64,000 nt of DNA from assembly GCA_008690995.1 (NCBI GenBank), contig VRMN01000003.1, positions 1,798,001 through 1,862,000 on the forward strand. The letters are read 5' to 3'. A program made the position numbers and the translations under genes. The DNA is from Porphyridium purpureum. Its lineage: Eukaryota. Every line of letters begins with the position of its first letter. Position 1 is the first letter of the stretch. Positions 34,453-44,946 of this stretch are shown here, in pieces. Under the pieces are notes generated by a model. That model had not been told where the DNA came from. It ran no database searches and was given only the letters and a program-made list of their open reading frames with translations.

Positions 34453-34806
34453 GCTTTGGCTATGTGTGTTTTACGTGCGGTGGTGCGGAGTATGCGTGTG
34501 TGTGCGCGCGGTCGGTGAGATTGTTTTGGTAAATGAGATTGTGTGTCAAACTATATGAAACTTGGTTGAAATTGTATGAACGTGGTTGTGAGTGGTTGTC
34601 AAGTGGAGTTGATGATTGTAGTGATACTGGAAGTGAACGTGCAGGGAACCAAGGCGATTCGTATAGGAACGTGGGTTACGGTTGTTGGGAAGGAGACGAA
34701 CGAGTGAACAGGGGCGGAGCGGAGAAAGGGGAGGGTGGGGCGAGGGACGGAAGGAGAAAGGGGGTGGGGAGTTTTGAGGGGAGAGGAGAATCTGTAGGTA
34801 GGAGAG

Positions 34807-36976
34807 ATGGAGAGTGCGTGTATGTTTGTGGGCGCCGCGCCCGCGGTAGTCGGCGGCGCGAGCAAGAGCGTGGGTATGCGCGGACAGCAAGCGTGTGCGC
34901 GCGGCGCGCGCGTCGGCGCGCGTGCAGCGCACGACGGGCGTCAAGATGGTCGCGGCAGAGGTTTCCGGAAAGCTCAGGCAGACCGGCGATGCAAAGGCCG
35001 ATAAGATCATCAACACGATCCGCTTTCTGGCCGTCGACGCCGTCGAGAAGGCCAACTCGGGACACCCCGGCCTTCCCATGGGCATGGCGCCGCTCGCGTA
35101 CGTGCTGTACGACAAGGTCATGAAGTACAACCCGAAGAACCCGCTGTTCCCCATGCGGGACCGCTTCGTCCTCTCCGCTGGACACGGCTCCATGCTCGTG
35201 TACGCGCTGCTCCATATGTTTGGCTACGACAGCGTCACCATCGACGACATCAAGCAGTTCCGCCAGGCAAATAGCAAGACTCCAGGTCACCCGGAGAACT
35301 TCATGACCCCTGGCGTCGAGATCACGACCGGGCCGCTCGGCCAGGGTATCTGTAACGCCATTGGGCTGGCCGCCGCTGAGGCGCACTTGGCCGCGACCTT
35401 CAACAAGCCGGACTGCGAAGTGGTCAACAACTACACCTACTGCATCCTTGGTGACGGGTGCATGATGGAGGGTCTCCAGTCAGAGGCCGCGTCGCTTGCC
35501 GGCCATTGGGGACTGGGCAAGCTGATTGCGTTCTACGATGACAACTCGATCTCCATCGACGGCCGCACGTCGATTGCCTTCTCGGAGGACGTGGGCAAGC
35601 GCTACGAGGCGTACGGCTGGCAGGTGCTTTATGTCAAGGAGGGCAACACCGACATTATTGGCATGGAGAAGGCGATCGCTGAGGCCAAGTTGTGCACGGA
35701 TAAGCCCACGCTTGTCATAGTGACCACCCTCATTGGTTACGGCTCGCCAAACAAGGCAGACTCGTACGCGGCCCACGGTGCCGCGCTCGGAAAGGACGAA
35801 GTGGCTGCCACGCGCGAGGCGCTGGACTGGGAGTATCCGCCGTTTGAAGTTCCGCAGGATGTGCTGAGCCACACCCGGAGGAAAATCGCAGAGGGCGCCA
35901 AGCTTGAAGAGGAGTTTGCCAAGAAGTGCGAGGAGTACAAGTCCAAGTATCCGGAGGATTACAAGCTGTTTGAGACGATGGTGCTGAAGAACGATCTGCC
36001 AAGCGGGTGGGAGGACGCCCTGAAGAAGGCTGCTCAGGAGACCGGCGCCATGGCGACACGCCAGGTCTCGCAGGTCATGTTGAACGCATTGGCGCCAGTG
36101 TTGCCTGGCCTGGTCGGTGGTTCGGCAGATCTGGCCTCGTCCAACTTGACCATTATGAAGGGTTATGGTGACTTCCTGAAAGGTCAGTATGAGTGCCGCA
36201 ACTTCCGCTTTGGTGTGCGTGAGCACGCGATGGGAGCGATTGCCAACGGCCTGGCATTGTACAATGCTGGTCTGATCCCGTACAACGCGACATTCTTCAT
36301 TTTCACTGATTACCAGCGCGGCGCGATCCGCATGGCCGCACTTTCCGAGATCAACAACATGTTCGTGACCACGCACGACTCGATCTTCTTGGGAGAGGAT
36401 GGACCGACCCATCAGCCGATTGAGCACCTCGCGTCCTTCCGTGCGATGCCGAATCTGTACATGATGCGACCAGCGGACGCGACAGAGGCGGCGGCGATGT
36501 ACGCTATTGCCGTGAAGACCAGGAAGACCCCGTCGGTGATGGCCTACACACGACAAGGGACTAGCAAGCTGGATGCGACTTACGAGCAGGCGTCGAAGGG
36601 CGCGTACGTGCTATCGGATAACAGCGGTGGCAAGCCCGAGGCTATTCTGATTGGCACGGGCTCGGAAGTCGATCTGTGCATTGCAGCTGCTGAAGCGCTG
36701 CGCGCAGAGGGCAAGAAGGTAAGTGTTGTGTCTATGCCATGCTGGGAGGTGTTCGAGGAACAGTCTGCCGAGTACAAGGAGTCGGTGCTGCCGTCGTCGG
36801 TGCCCATGAGCAAACGCATGGTGTGCGAGGCGGGGTCCTCGTTTGGCTGGACCAAGTATGCGGGCGTTTTTGCCTGCATTGACGGCTTTGGTGCGTCTGC
36901 GCCCATCAAGGATCTGCGAGAGATGTTTGGCTTCACCGAGGCTGCCGTGACTGCGAAGGCCAAGTCCATGTTCTAA
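34807..36976 (+). CDS. TKT: Transketolase, plastid-targeted (frame discontinuity in the transit-peptide region)
   Basis: [57 protein letters not shown]. The transit peptide MESACMFVG starts at ATG 34807 in a different frame from the main ORF (34895-36976). Confidence 0.95.
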
Positions 36977-37375
36977 GCGGTCTAGTTTAATCAGTTGTGG
37001 GTGTGAGAGTGGTTGCAGTCTGCGGAGGAGCCGCGGTCTCCTCCTGATGCACATCCTATATAGTAAAGCCAATCCGGTTTGTGTTGTGAAGCAGACGACG
37101 TCCGCTCGAAACGGCGTCTTGCTGTGCTGCGAAACCGGAAACCTCAAAATTGACTTGCCAAAGAACGCCAGGCTGAACGGAAATCCTCCGCAGTCGAAGA
37201 AGTGGCAGATTCGAGCGCGCGCCCGAGTTTACTCCGCAGCCACACGCGAGCGAGTCGTCTGTTTGGAGTACGGCTCAGCTCATTACCAAGCGCTCGCTGG
37301 ACCACGTCAAAGCAGCGCGTTCTCCCAACCTTGTTCTGGTCATCAAGTTCCCGGGCGGGTCCCGATTTTTCCGAC

Positions 37376-39814
37376 ATGCGCATCGATATTTCACTGCACA
37401 TTGATGAGCACGAGGTCGACCGCGCAGCGAAAGTGCTCGAGTTGATGCTGCAGTTGGCTGATCGATTCGGCGCGCAGGTTTCACCGACGACTTCAACTGC
37501 CGGACAGGTGCAGGGTGGAACAGAACCAAACGATGAAGACCAGAACGGACTGGACGAAGTGGTATTGCCGGGGCCACGGCTTGATCACGCGACACACGAT
37601 GCGCCGAACCGCTCGGCATTGGATGGCTCAGGCTCGCATCCATCCACGGGTATGAGACACGATCGGGCTCCTGCGAATGACGCCGCGGATGTGCCACTCG
37701 GGATGTTGGTAGAGGCGACACGCCGTGATCAGGCGCCTTATGCATCAGCGTATAAAGGCACGATAAGGTCCGGCGGGAATGAGTTGAGCACTGAAGCTCT
37801 TTTGGCAGCGCTTTCTGTGGTGGATCCTCCAATCGAACCTTCTGTCGCCGCGTCGAATGAACCCGCCGTCCGTCCAGAGGGGCCCATGAACGCGCATGAA
37901 GGATTCCAGTCTAGCTTGAATTCGAGTGCATCCATTCCGAGCGACTTGGTCAGAATACTTCAAGCGATCATCTTTGAGCAGAGCTCGATTGACACAGTGG
38001 CCCGCGCGATTCAGTCGGCCTTGTCGAAGCGCGAACTGTCATTTGAAGTCTTGCAAGCTGCGGTCTTGCACGTGCTATTTGATAAGCTGTGCCTGTCTGA
38101 GCGCCTCGAGAAGGATCGATCCATCTTGCCTATAATCCAGCTTGTGCTGACGCTCGACGACGAAGCATGTGAGCAGCTGAAGGAGAAGTGTCTGCGCAGC
38201 GCGCTGGCGGAATTCAGCGTTGCTCGCGAGCCACACTGCAATCGCGCGGACTTTTTCGCTCACGCTGAGGTATTCGCAGCGCTGATCCACACGCGGCTCA
38301 TCCACGTCGACTTGGCGATGCAAACCATCTGCGCGCTTATCGCCATACCAGGCAACCGCTGCGCCGCCCTCACAGCGCTTGGCAAAAGTGTTGAGCTTTG
38401 CGGCGAATTGCTTTCAGATGAGTGCAAGGCAGAGAGTCTTCTTGGTCTTCGCGATGCGCTGGCTGACGCGAAGGAGGAGGAGTTCATCTACGATGTGCAA
38501 TATGTTACTGAGAACCTGCAGTGGCCGCCAGCGACTACAAGCGAGCAAGCTCTATGGTCTGGGAAAAGGAGCGCAGAAGGCGTCCAAGGCGCACAAGAAG
38601 CACAACAGTTTCAACACCAGCTTTCGCTGCGCTGTTCTCTACCGCTGGCGGCGGCCCCAACGAGAGGTACCCGGAGTGGCTGTGCTATGTCATACTCCGT
38701 GGCACTGGACAAGCTGGTCTGCGCTTCTGCGCACGGCTCGCTGTCAACTTTTAGTGCTCTATCCGTTGGAGTTGTAGCAGAAGCAGCTGCCCAGCCGCAT
38801 GATCAGGGTTCGCTCGGCAGAGGATTTCCGCTCGTGTGCAGCCTTCCGGGTATTTTGCAAATTTTGCATCTGGATCTTGCCGTGCACCAAGGCGTACCTC
38901 TGCTTTTTGGGTCAGCGATGCTTGCACAGGATCCCCGCGCCAGTGAGGGCGTCGGAGGTGTGAATTTGGGTCTTGCGGGCCTGTACGAGGTTTCGCCCGG
39001 CAAGTGGAACTTGATTGGCTCCGTGCGACGGCCGTGTGCTTTATCCATGGGCGCCGTTCTTCAGTCACAGTCACACGATAGCGCGAGCTGGCTCGCGCTG
39101 GCAGAGACTGAGATTGGTCCAGACACTCGCATGCCGCGTCACATCGTTTCGCTCTGGGACCGCGAAACCCTGTTTGCGCGCACACAGCCGTCGGCCATTC
39201 TTCAAGGTCACTTGGGTGCAGTGACGTGTTTAGCAAGCATCGGCGAAATGAGCACAAGCGGGAATACCAACGCATCATCATTGTGCTCTGGTGCAGAAGA
39301 TGGGGACGTACGAATCTGGGATGTGCGTTCTCCGTTGCGCTCTACGGCCACACTTACAGACACAGCTGTCGCGCTTTCACCGGTGCGTACCATGAGCGCA
39401 GCGGCGAACGATTTTTCGCTAGTCAGCGGCTACGCCAATGGGCGAGTTTTGGTGTGGGATTGCCGCGTTCTCGGAGGGACCGCGAATGCTAAGCCGCTGG
39501 TCGAGCTTCAGACAGACTACTCGTCTCTTCTCTGCATGTGCGCTGGTCCGAAGGCAGAGCTCTACACACTGAGTGGCCTCGGCCAACGAGGCGCCAGCCT
39601 CGCCGTAATTGACACCTCAGGTGCCAAAATGGGCGCACACGTAGGGTCAGTTCCGGCGTCCGGTTTCGGCTCGACGGTTTCCGAGCTTGACATACCCGAG
39701 ACGAGCGGCATCTCGGCTATCAATGCTCTGGCTTGGACGATGCCAGCTAATTCCAGTCCCATCCTGCTCGGCGTCAGCGACGCAGCGATGCTGAACCTTT
39801 TCCAGTGGCTTTGA
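37376..39814 (+). CDS. Protein with central helical (MIF4G-like) region and C-terminal WD40 repeats
   Basis: WD repeats LQGHLGAVTCL, SGAEDGDVRIWD, SGYANGRVLVWD; central alpha-helical block FFAHAEVFAALI...RCAALTALGKSVELC. Confidence 0.7.
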   Translation: MRIDISLHIDEHEVDRAAKVLELMLQLADRFGAQVSPTTSTAGQVQGGTEPNDEDQNGLDEVVLPGPRLDHATHDAPNRSALDGSGSHPSTGMRHDRAPANDAADVPLGMLVEATRRDQAPYASAYKGTIRSGGNELSTEALLAALSVVDPPIEPSVAASNEPAVRPEGPMNAHEGFQSSLNSSASIPSDLVRILQAIIFEQSSIDTVARAIQSALSKRELSFEVLQAAVLHVLFDKLCLSERLEKDRSILPIIQLVLTLDDEACEQLKEKCLRSALAEFSVAREPHCNRADFFAHAEVFAALIHTRLIHVDLAMQTICALIAIPGNRCAALTALGKSVELCGELLSDECKAESLLGLRDALADAKEEEFIYDVQYVTENLQWPPATTSEQALWSGKRSAEGVQGAQEAQQFQHQLSLRCSLPLAAAPTRGTRSGCAMSYSVALDKLVCASAHGSLSTFSALSVGVVAEAAAQPHDQGSLGRGFPLVCSLPGILQILHLDLAVHQGVPLLFGSAMLAQDPRASEGVGGVNLGLAGLYEVSPGKWNLIGSVRRPCALSMGAVLQSQSHDSASWLALAETEIGPDTRMPRHIVSLWDRETLFARTQPSAILQGHLGAVTCLASIGEMSTSGNTNASSLCSGAEDGDVRIWDVRSPLRSTATLTDTAVALSPVRTMSAAANDFSLVSGYANGRVLVWDCRVLGGTANAKPLVELQTDYSSLLCMCAGPKAELYTLSGLGQRGASLAVIDTSGAKMGAHVGSVPASGFGSTVSELDIPETSGISAINALAWTMPANSSPILLGVSDAAMLNLFQWL

Positions 39815-39868
39815 ATGGCATCTCAAAATTTATTTCCAGCTCCAGACCTGTAGCGCTTCTTGCTTTAT

Positions 39869-41095
39869 TCACATCCAAGATTTCGTTTCAAGTTCAAATT
39901 TCCTTGCATAAGACTGAAGCATGCCGGGCGATATAATGTTCCCGCCGCATACCACCACGACAATCGGTCGATTGCTCTCCGAATTGCCAAGCTCGCGTGC
40001 TACCCTCTCAACCGCGGCAATGGCAACGCCGCAAGCTGGTTCAACGAGCAAGCGCTGCTGAACGGCGAATTCCAAGCATGCGCGAATCGCATCCCGGTCG
40101 TCTAGTACAACCGATTTAATCGGCCGCTGCAAATTTGCTGCACCACGCTTGTCGCCCTCCAAACTGCAGCAACGGTTGAACAATGTTCGGCTGACTGTTT
40201 TGGCGCCCAATGAGCTCGCAACGCTGGTGATCGCCGGCAGTGAAACCAGAGTTCCGGACTTGAAGCTCTGCGCGAAAGAGTCGGCGCCACTTGTCTCCAC
40301 CGCAACTGCCACCACCTGGTCCCAAGCCTTGCCCCGAGCGTCCAGTCCTTCCAAAATGCCCATAAATAGACCGCCGCCTCCCACAGATGCGATGATGGCA
40401 GCAGGCGCTTCCCCGTGCAAGTCCTTGTGCAGCTCGTCCACCAACGACGCGTGCCCGCGCCACAGAATAGGATCATCAAATGGAGAGACCAATTTCGCTA
40501 TGCTTGGGCCAAGCCGCTGGACCATTTCCACTGCGGCACCGTGCGCCTCGTCCCAAACTGAGCCATGAACCTGGACGACGGCACCCTCGTCGGCAATACG
40601 GTCGCGCATCATCTGCGGCGTGGTGCTCGGTACAAAGATGTGCGCCCGCAGTCCCGATTTGCGCGCGGCGTATGCGGCTGCCATGCCGGCATTCCCACCG
40701 GACGATGAAACCAGAAGTGTCTGCCCGCTCTGCTTGGCGGAACGCGCCACCTCGGACATGCCGCGGATTTTGAACGAGCCGGACGGTTGTACAGCATCCA
40801 GTTTGAGAAGAACCCGACGCCCAACGCGCGCCGACAGATACGCAGACTCGATCAGAGGCGTGTGCACGTACAAGTGACGCCACGGCTCGTCGCCCGTGAA
40901 GGTCGGGACCGCTGCATGGAAGGCTTCCAGAGCACCGGAGTCCAGGGCGTCCATGCTTATTACAGTGCGTGCTCCAGTCCTTCCTGAGGCCACCCTAAAT
41001 TGAAGTGGTCCTGGACATGCCATGCCGCGGGACGCATGCGACAAAGTGCGGGCGCCGCCGAAACGCTGGTCTGCGTTGAACGCCCCGACGAACAT
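39869..41095 (-). CDS. L-serine/threonine dehydratase (PLP fold II, SDS-like) with organellar transit peptide
   Basis: LKLDAVQPSGSFKIRG (PLP Lys), SSSGGNAG, SVGGGGL, VEPACG, VVCGG. Confidence 0.92.
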   Translation of the reverse strand: MFVGAFNADQRFGGARTLSHASRGMACPGPLQFRVASGRTGARTVISMDALDSGALEAFHAAVPTFTGDEPWRHLYVHTPLIESAYLSARVGRRVLLKLDAVQPSGSFKIRGMSEVARSAKQSGQTLLVSSSGGNAGMAAAYAARKSGLRAHIFVPSTTPQMMRDRIADEGAVVQVHGSVWDEAHGAAVEMVQRLGPSIAKLVSPFDDPILWRGHASLVDELHKDLHGEAPAAIIASVGGGGLFMGILEGLDARGKAWDQVVAVAVETSGADSFAQSFKSGTLVSLPAITSVASSLGAKTVSRTLFNRCCSLEGDKRGAANLQRPIKSVVLDDRDAIRACLEFAVQQRLLVEPACGVAIAAVERVARELGNSESNRPIVVVVCGGNIISPGMLQSYARKFELETKSWM

Positions 41096-43805
41096 TCTTC
41101 AGCGCGCTCAAAGCCTCTTCCGACTCGTCCAGCTCACTCCTGCGTGCGTAGCTGCCAGTGCAGCGCTGTCCAGCTGCACGCCACGCGTCTGTTCCAACGG
41201 CTGCAGGCGTCGAAGACCACAGCCCAACCGCGTGCTTGCGTCAAGAAGCCAGACCCAGGGGCTCCAAACCACACAGCGTGCCCGTACCCGCATAAATACC
41301 ACTGCGTTGCGGAGCAAAAGACGAATGGATTCACGACTCAGAGCGAGTTGTCACGCAGGCATGGTCCAGGCATACCCATATCTCTCCTTGCCGCCCTCGA
41401 TATGCGCCCAGTCACGTGTAGACTTGCTTACCCCGCTCGTCTCTTTCCACTGCCCATGAGGCTACGTGGAAGTTCCATGCCCGGACTGTACAGCGTTCTC
41501 AGTGTACCTCTGACGAATGTGAGTTCAAGTGCAAGTGTTGGTGGCATGGCGCAGAGGCAGAAGAGGAACTGGTATGGAAGAAGAGACCGAATGGATGATC
41601 GTGAGCAAGGACTACCAGCAGGTAGAGGAGAGCGCGTCGAGACCCGTCAACGCGAGGTGCATGCGTGTTCAGGAGAGAGACATACCTGGCTGGGATGAAG
41701 TCAGTTTGCGCATAACAGAGGGTCGTTTGTAGATTGTCGAGGAAGGGACAAGAAGGACTAGTTTTCAGATGAAATAAGTAGATTTACACAAAGGTTCAAT
41801 CGTAGTATGTGTTGTAAGAAGATGGCCCGGTTTTGATGAGATTTGGATGTGCCGCAGACCACGACTGCCCCTTTTGGCCGCCGGTGCCATCCGGAACGTT
41901 TGCCCAAGCAGACATCTCAAGTTTCAACTCTGATGCGTGAGTAGAGATGAGGATGGTGTGAGGTAACAAGCAACCTCGCATTCCTAGGAAAAAATTCTCT
42001 CTTATCCGTCTCGGTAGGAAATGTTCTCTTCCAAGCATCGGTTTCATAAAGTCGCACTAAACATGTCCTGATCTGAAAGACAAGCTGACGGATTCGTGAA
42101 ACCGAAATTTTATGCAGAGAGCCTCGTTTTTCTTATCTATTCCATCCATTCCTTTTCAATTTGCCTTGCTTCTGCACTACCGTCTTCATTCGACTGCAGA
42201 GGCCGCGGGCTGCGCATTCTCATTCTTTCCTCCTCCTCGTCTGTCTTTCCTTCTCTGCCTCCGAGCAAGATCCGACAGCATGGTGTGGGAAAGATGCTCC
42301 GCCTCTATGAAATCTTGCTTCTCCTCCCCCACAGCAAGCCACCAAAGGAAATGACAAAGAAAATCATTGTCAATTCTCTCCGTCTAAAAGTCTCGAGAAC
42401 CACTTGAAACTTCAAGTTTCCCTCGGAACCTCCCGGGCGCCTCTAGAAACAACCGTTCTATGAGAAGGAGAAGCTGGACCATACGAGATGAGTTGGGGCG
42501 AACGAATGATAAGGAAGACTTTGCCTTCTCTTCGGAAGCGATAGAATACCTCAAGGTCCAAGGATTGGTAAGCAGCCTGGTTATATGCTCACTTGGCATA
42601 TATAATACGTCTCTTGAAATCCGTAAGCCATGCCCGGCGGAGCCCAATTGAGAAGCATGTGCGGGTCTAGAAAATAAATTTTGTCCGCAGCTTGCTGAGG
42701 ACAGCATGTCTTCAGCTAATTGAACAACAAAGGGGCAATGCATGGTGCAAACGAATTCAGACTCTGTTTCAAAAACGTCGACGCAACGTCCTCACAGATC
42801 TGTAGAGTCTACTTGACGGTACATGTGAATATGAATGCAAACGACGTAGAAGTTTACTCAGAGCCATACTGGAAGCTGTCCTGGCAATCGGGCAGCGGAG
42901 GATAATCGATATCTTGACCGGCAGGCTCTTGATCCTTTCGCTGCCCGAGACCACGCGCGAAGAACATGATGACGAGGGCGACAACCTAGCGAATTCGATT
43001 TGAAGCATCACTGTCCGGCCTTCTGGTAAAAACGAAACTGTTGAAGATCTACATTTTCAATTCTGTGCTCGGCCCACTCGTATTTCAAAGGAGCAGCTTC
43101 GGCTGCCTTTTCGGAGGTGATGAATTCAAGAGGCAAGGCGTGGGAGGGCGCGGATTAGAAGGAAGGGTGCCAGGCGAGAGCCGAGACGCGCAGATACGGA
43201 AAGTTCGCGGTCATTTATTGCATGAGCTTGCAGCGTCCACCAACATGCTGCAATGCTCCGCCGGCGGAGGAGTGTCAGGCCTACACTTCGAATAGCTATG
43301 GAAGAGCATTACAGTGGCCGCGCACAACCAGGTCCTGAAACTTTCGAGTCCACAGGAAATGACTTACGAGAGTACATTGTGTATCGGGAAGCTCCAGGTG
43401 CCAGTCCATGCGCCCCCATTAAGCAGCCTCCCAGCTATCAGTTTAAGCCGATAAACTGGAAGACGCGCAAAGTTGACCGTCAGAACTTAACCGTTTACTT
43501 TTCATTGAGCCGAACCGAGGCATCGACACGGCTCAAGGCGGCGTGAAGAGTCGGTGTTGAGAGGGAAGAAAGGGCGAAGCGGGCGAGACGCGGCGCGTCG
43601 ATCGTTGCGGGGACGGGCTGCGTTCGAGGACGCGTGCGCGCGATCCGAGAGAAAGCGCATAACCCTGTATCTTGCGATTCGGAGAAAGTGGAATCGAGGC
43701 GTGCGGCGCGAAGGGGATTGCTTTCTTTGAATCGTTCTTTCTGCGGGCGTGGTTTGCGTGATTGTAAACCGCGGGATCTGGGAGATAAGGACGCGTGGTC
43801 AGGCG

Positions 43806-44789
43806 ATGCCGAACGCGCGCTTTCCAACGCTCGAGCTGTCCGAGTGCACGGATGAGAGCCTCAAGTTTGTGCTGTCGCGCACGGACGCGTCCGTGGCAAA
43901 CGCTTTGCGCCGCGTGATGATTGCGGAGGTGCCGACGATCGCGATTGACCTGGTCAATATTTCGTTTAACTCTTCCCCCTTACATGACGAGTTTATTGCG
44001 CACCGTCTGGGTATGATCCCGCTCGTATCAGACAAGGCGGCCGATATGAACTACACTCGCGACTGTGAATGCGAGGATTTTTGCGATCTTTGCGCGGTGG
44101 TTTTTCAGATGGACGTCGAAGGGCAAGTAGAAGGCACGACTGTCACTTCACAGCACCTACAGAATGTGTGGTTTGATCCGGATACGTACCCTCGGGCATC
44201 TACGGTTGAACCCGTGCACTGGTCATGCGGGGCAGAGCACCCAGACCCTGCTTTGGACGCGAGTGCGTCAGGAATCATCATTGCGAAACTGAAAGCTGGC
44301 CAGCGCATAAAGTTAGAGGCCATTGCGAGAAAAGGGATAGGAAAGGAACACGCCAAGTGGAGCCCCGTCGCAACGGTGAGCTATAAGAGTGAACCTGTCG
44401 TATCTCTGCGCTTGGATGAGCTGAACAATCGACTAGAGGTTGCTCAACGGCAAGAACTTCTCAAGTGGTCAGATGGTGCGCTCAAGTGGGACGCCCGAAC
44501 CAACAAGCTTGAGTATGATGACGCTTTCAAGTACGGGCGCACCGCCCTAAGCAATGATTTTGTACGCAAGTGCGGCGAAATGCTCGTACAGGTTGGGTCT
44601 CATCCTAGCGAAGTGATTCTTCTCAACAATGACCCCTCAAGATTTGAGTTTTTCGTTGAGAGTACTGGCGCCATCTCGGCCCCAGTGGTTGTGGTGAATG
44701 CCATCTCGGTCTTGCGAAACAAGCTCCAAGAACTGCAGACAAGTCTTCGCGCGGAAACGTTAGATCGTGTAGAACACGGATTGTACTAA
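43806..44789 (+). CDS. RPB3: RNA polymerase II subunit 3
   Basis: ANALRRVMIAEVPTIAIDLV, LHDEFIAHRLGMIPL, Zn motif DCECEDFCDLC, KGIGKEHAKWSP. Confidence 0.96.
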   Translation: MPNARFPTLELSECTDESLKFVLSRTDASVANALRRVMIAEVPTIAIDLVNISFNSSPLHDEFIAHRLGMIPLVSDKAADMNYTRDCECEDFCDLCAVVFQMDVEGQVEGTTVTSQHLQNVWFDPDTYPRASTVEPVHWSCGAEHPDPALDASASGIIIAKLKAGQRIKLEAIARKGIGKEHAKWSPVATVSYKSEPVVSLRLDELNNRLEVAQRQELLKWSDGALKWDARTNKLEYDDAFKYGRTALSNDFVRKCGEMLVQVGSHPSEVILLNNDPSRFEFFVESTGAISAPVVVVNAISVLRNKLQELQTSLRAETLDRVEHGLY

Positions 44790-44946
44790 TACTTGGGAGG
44801 AAGCCAGGATGCGACTTCGAACTCGCAGCATGACAAAGTACATAGCAAAAGAGTCTCTTTCACTCTCTCATCGGGCGCTATGTCAGGTGCGCTTTGCTTT
44901 ACAGCCCAACCACTTTCTTCTAATCCAGAGTAGAGAGCTTGTCACT

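Noticed and set aside
35480..36556. 358-aa antisense ORF over transketolase (similar cases at 414-1373, 51074-52027 and 53538-54302)
   Set aside because: Antisense shadows of well-supported genes in GC-rich DNA.
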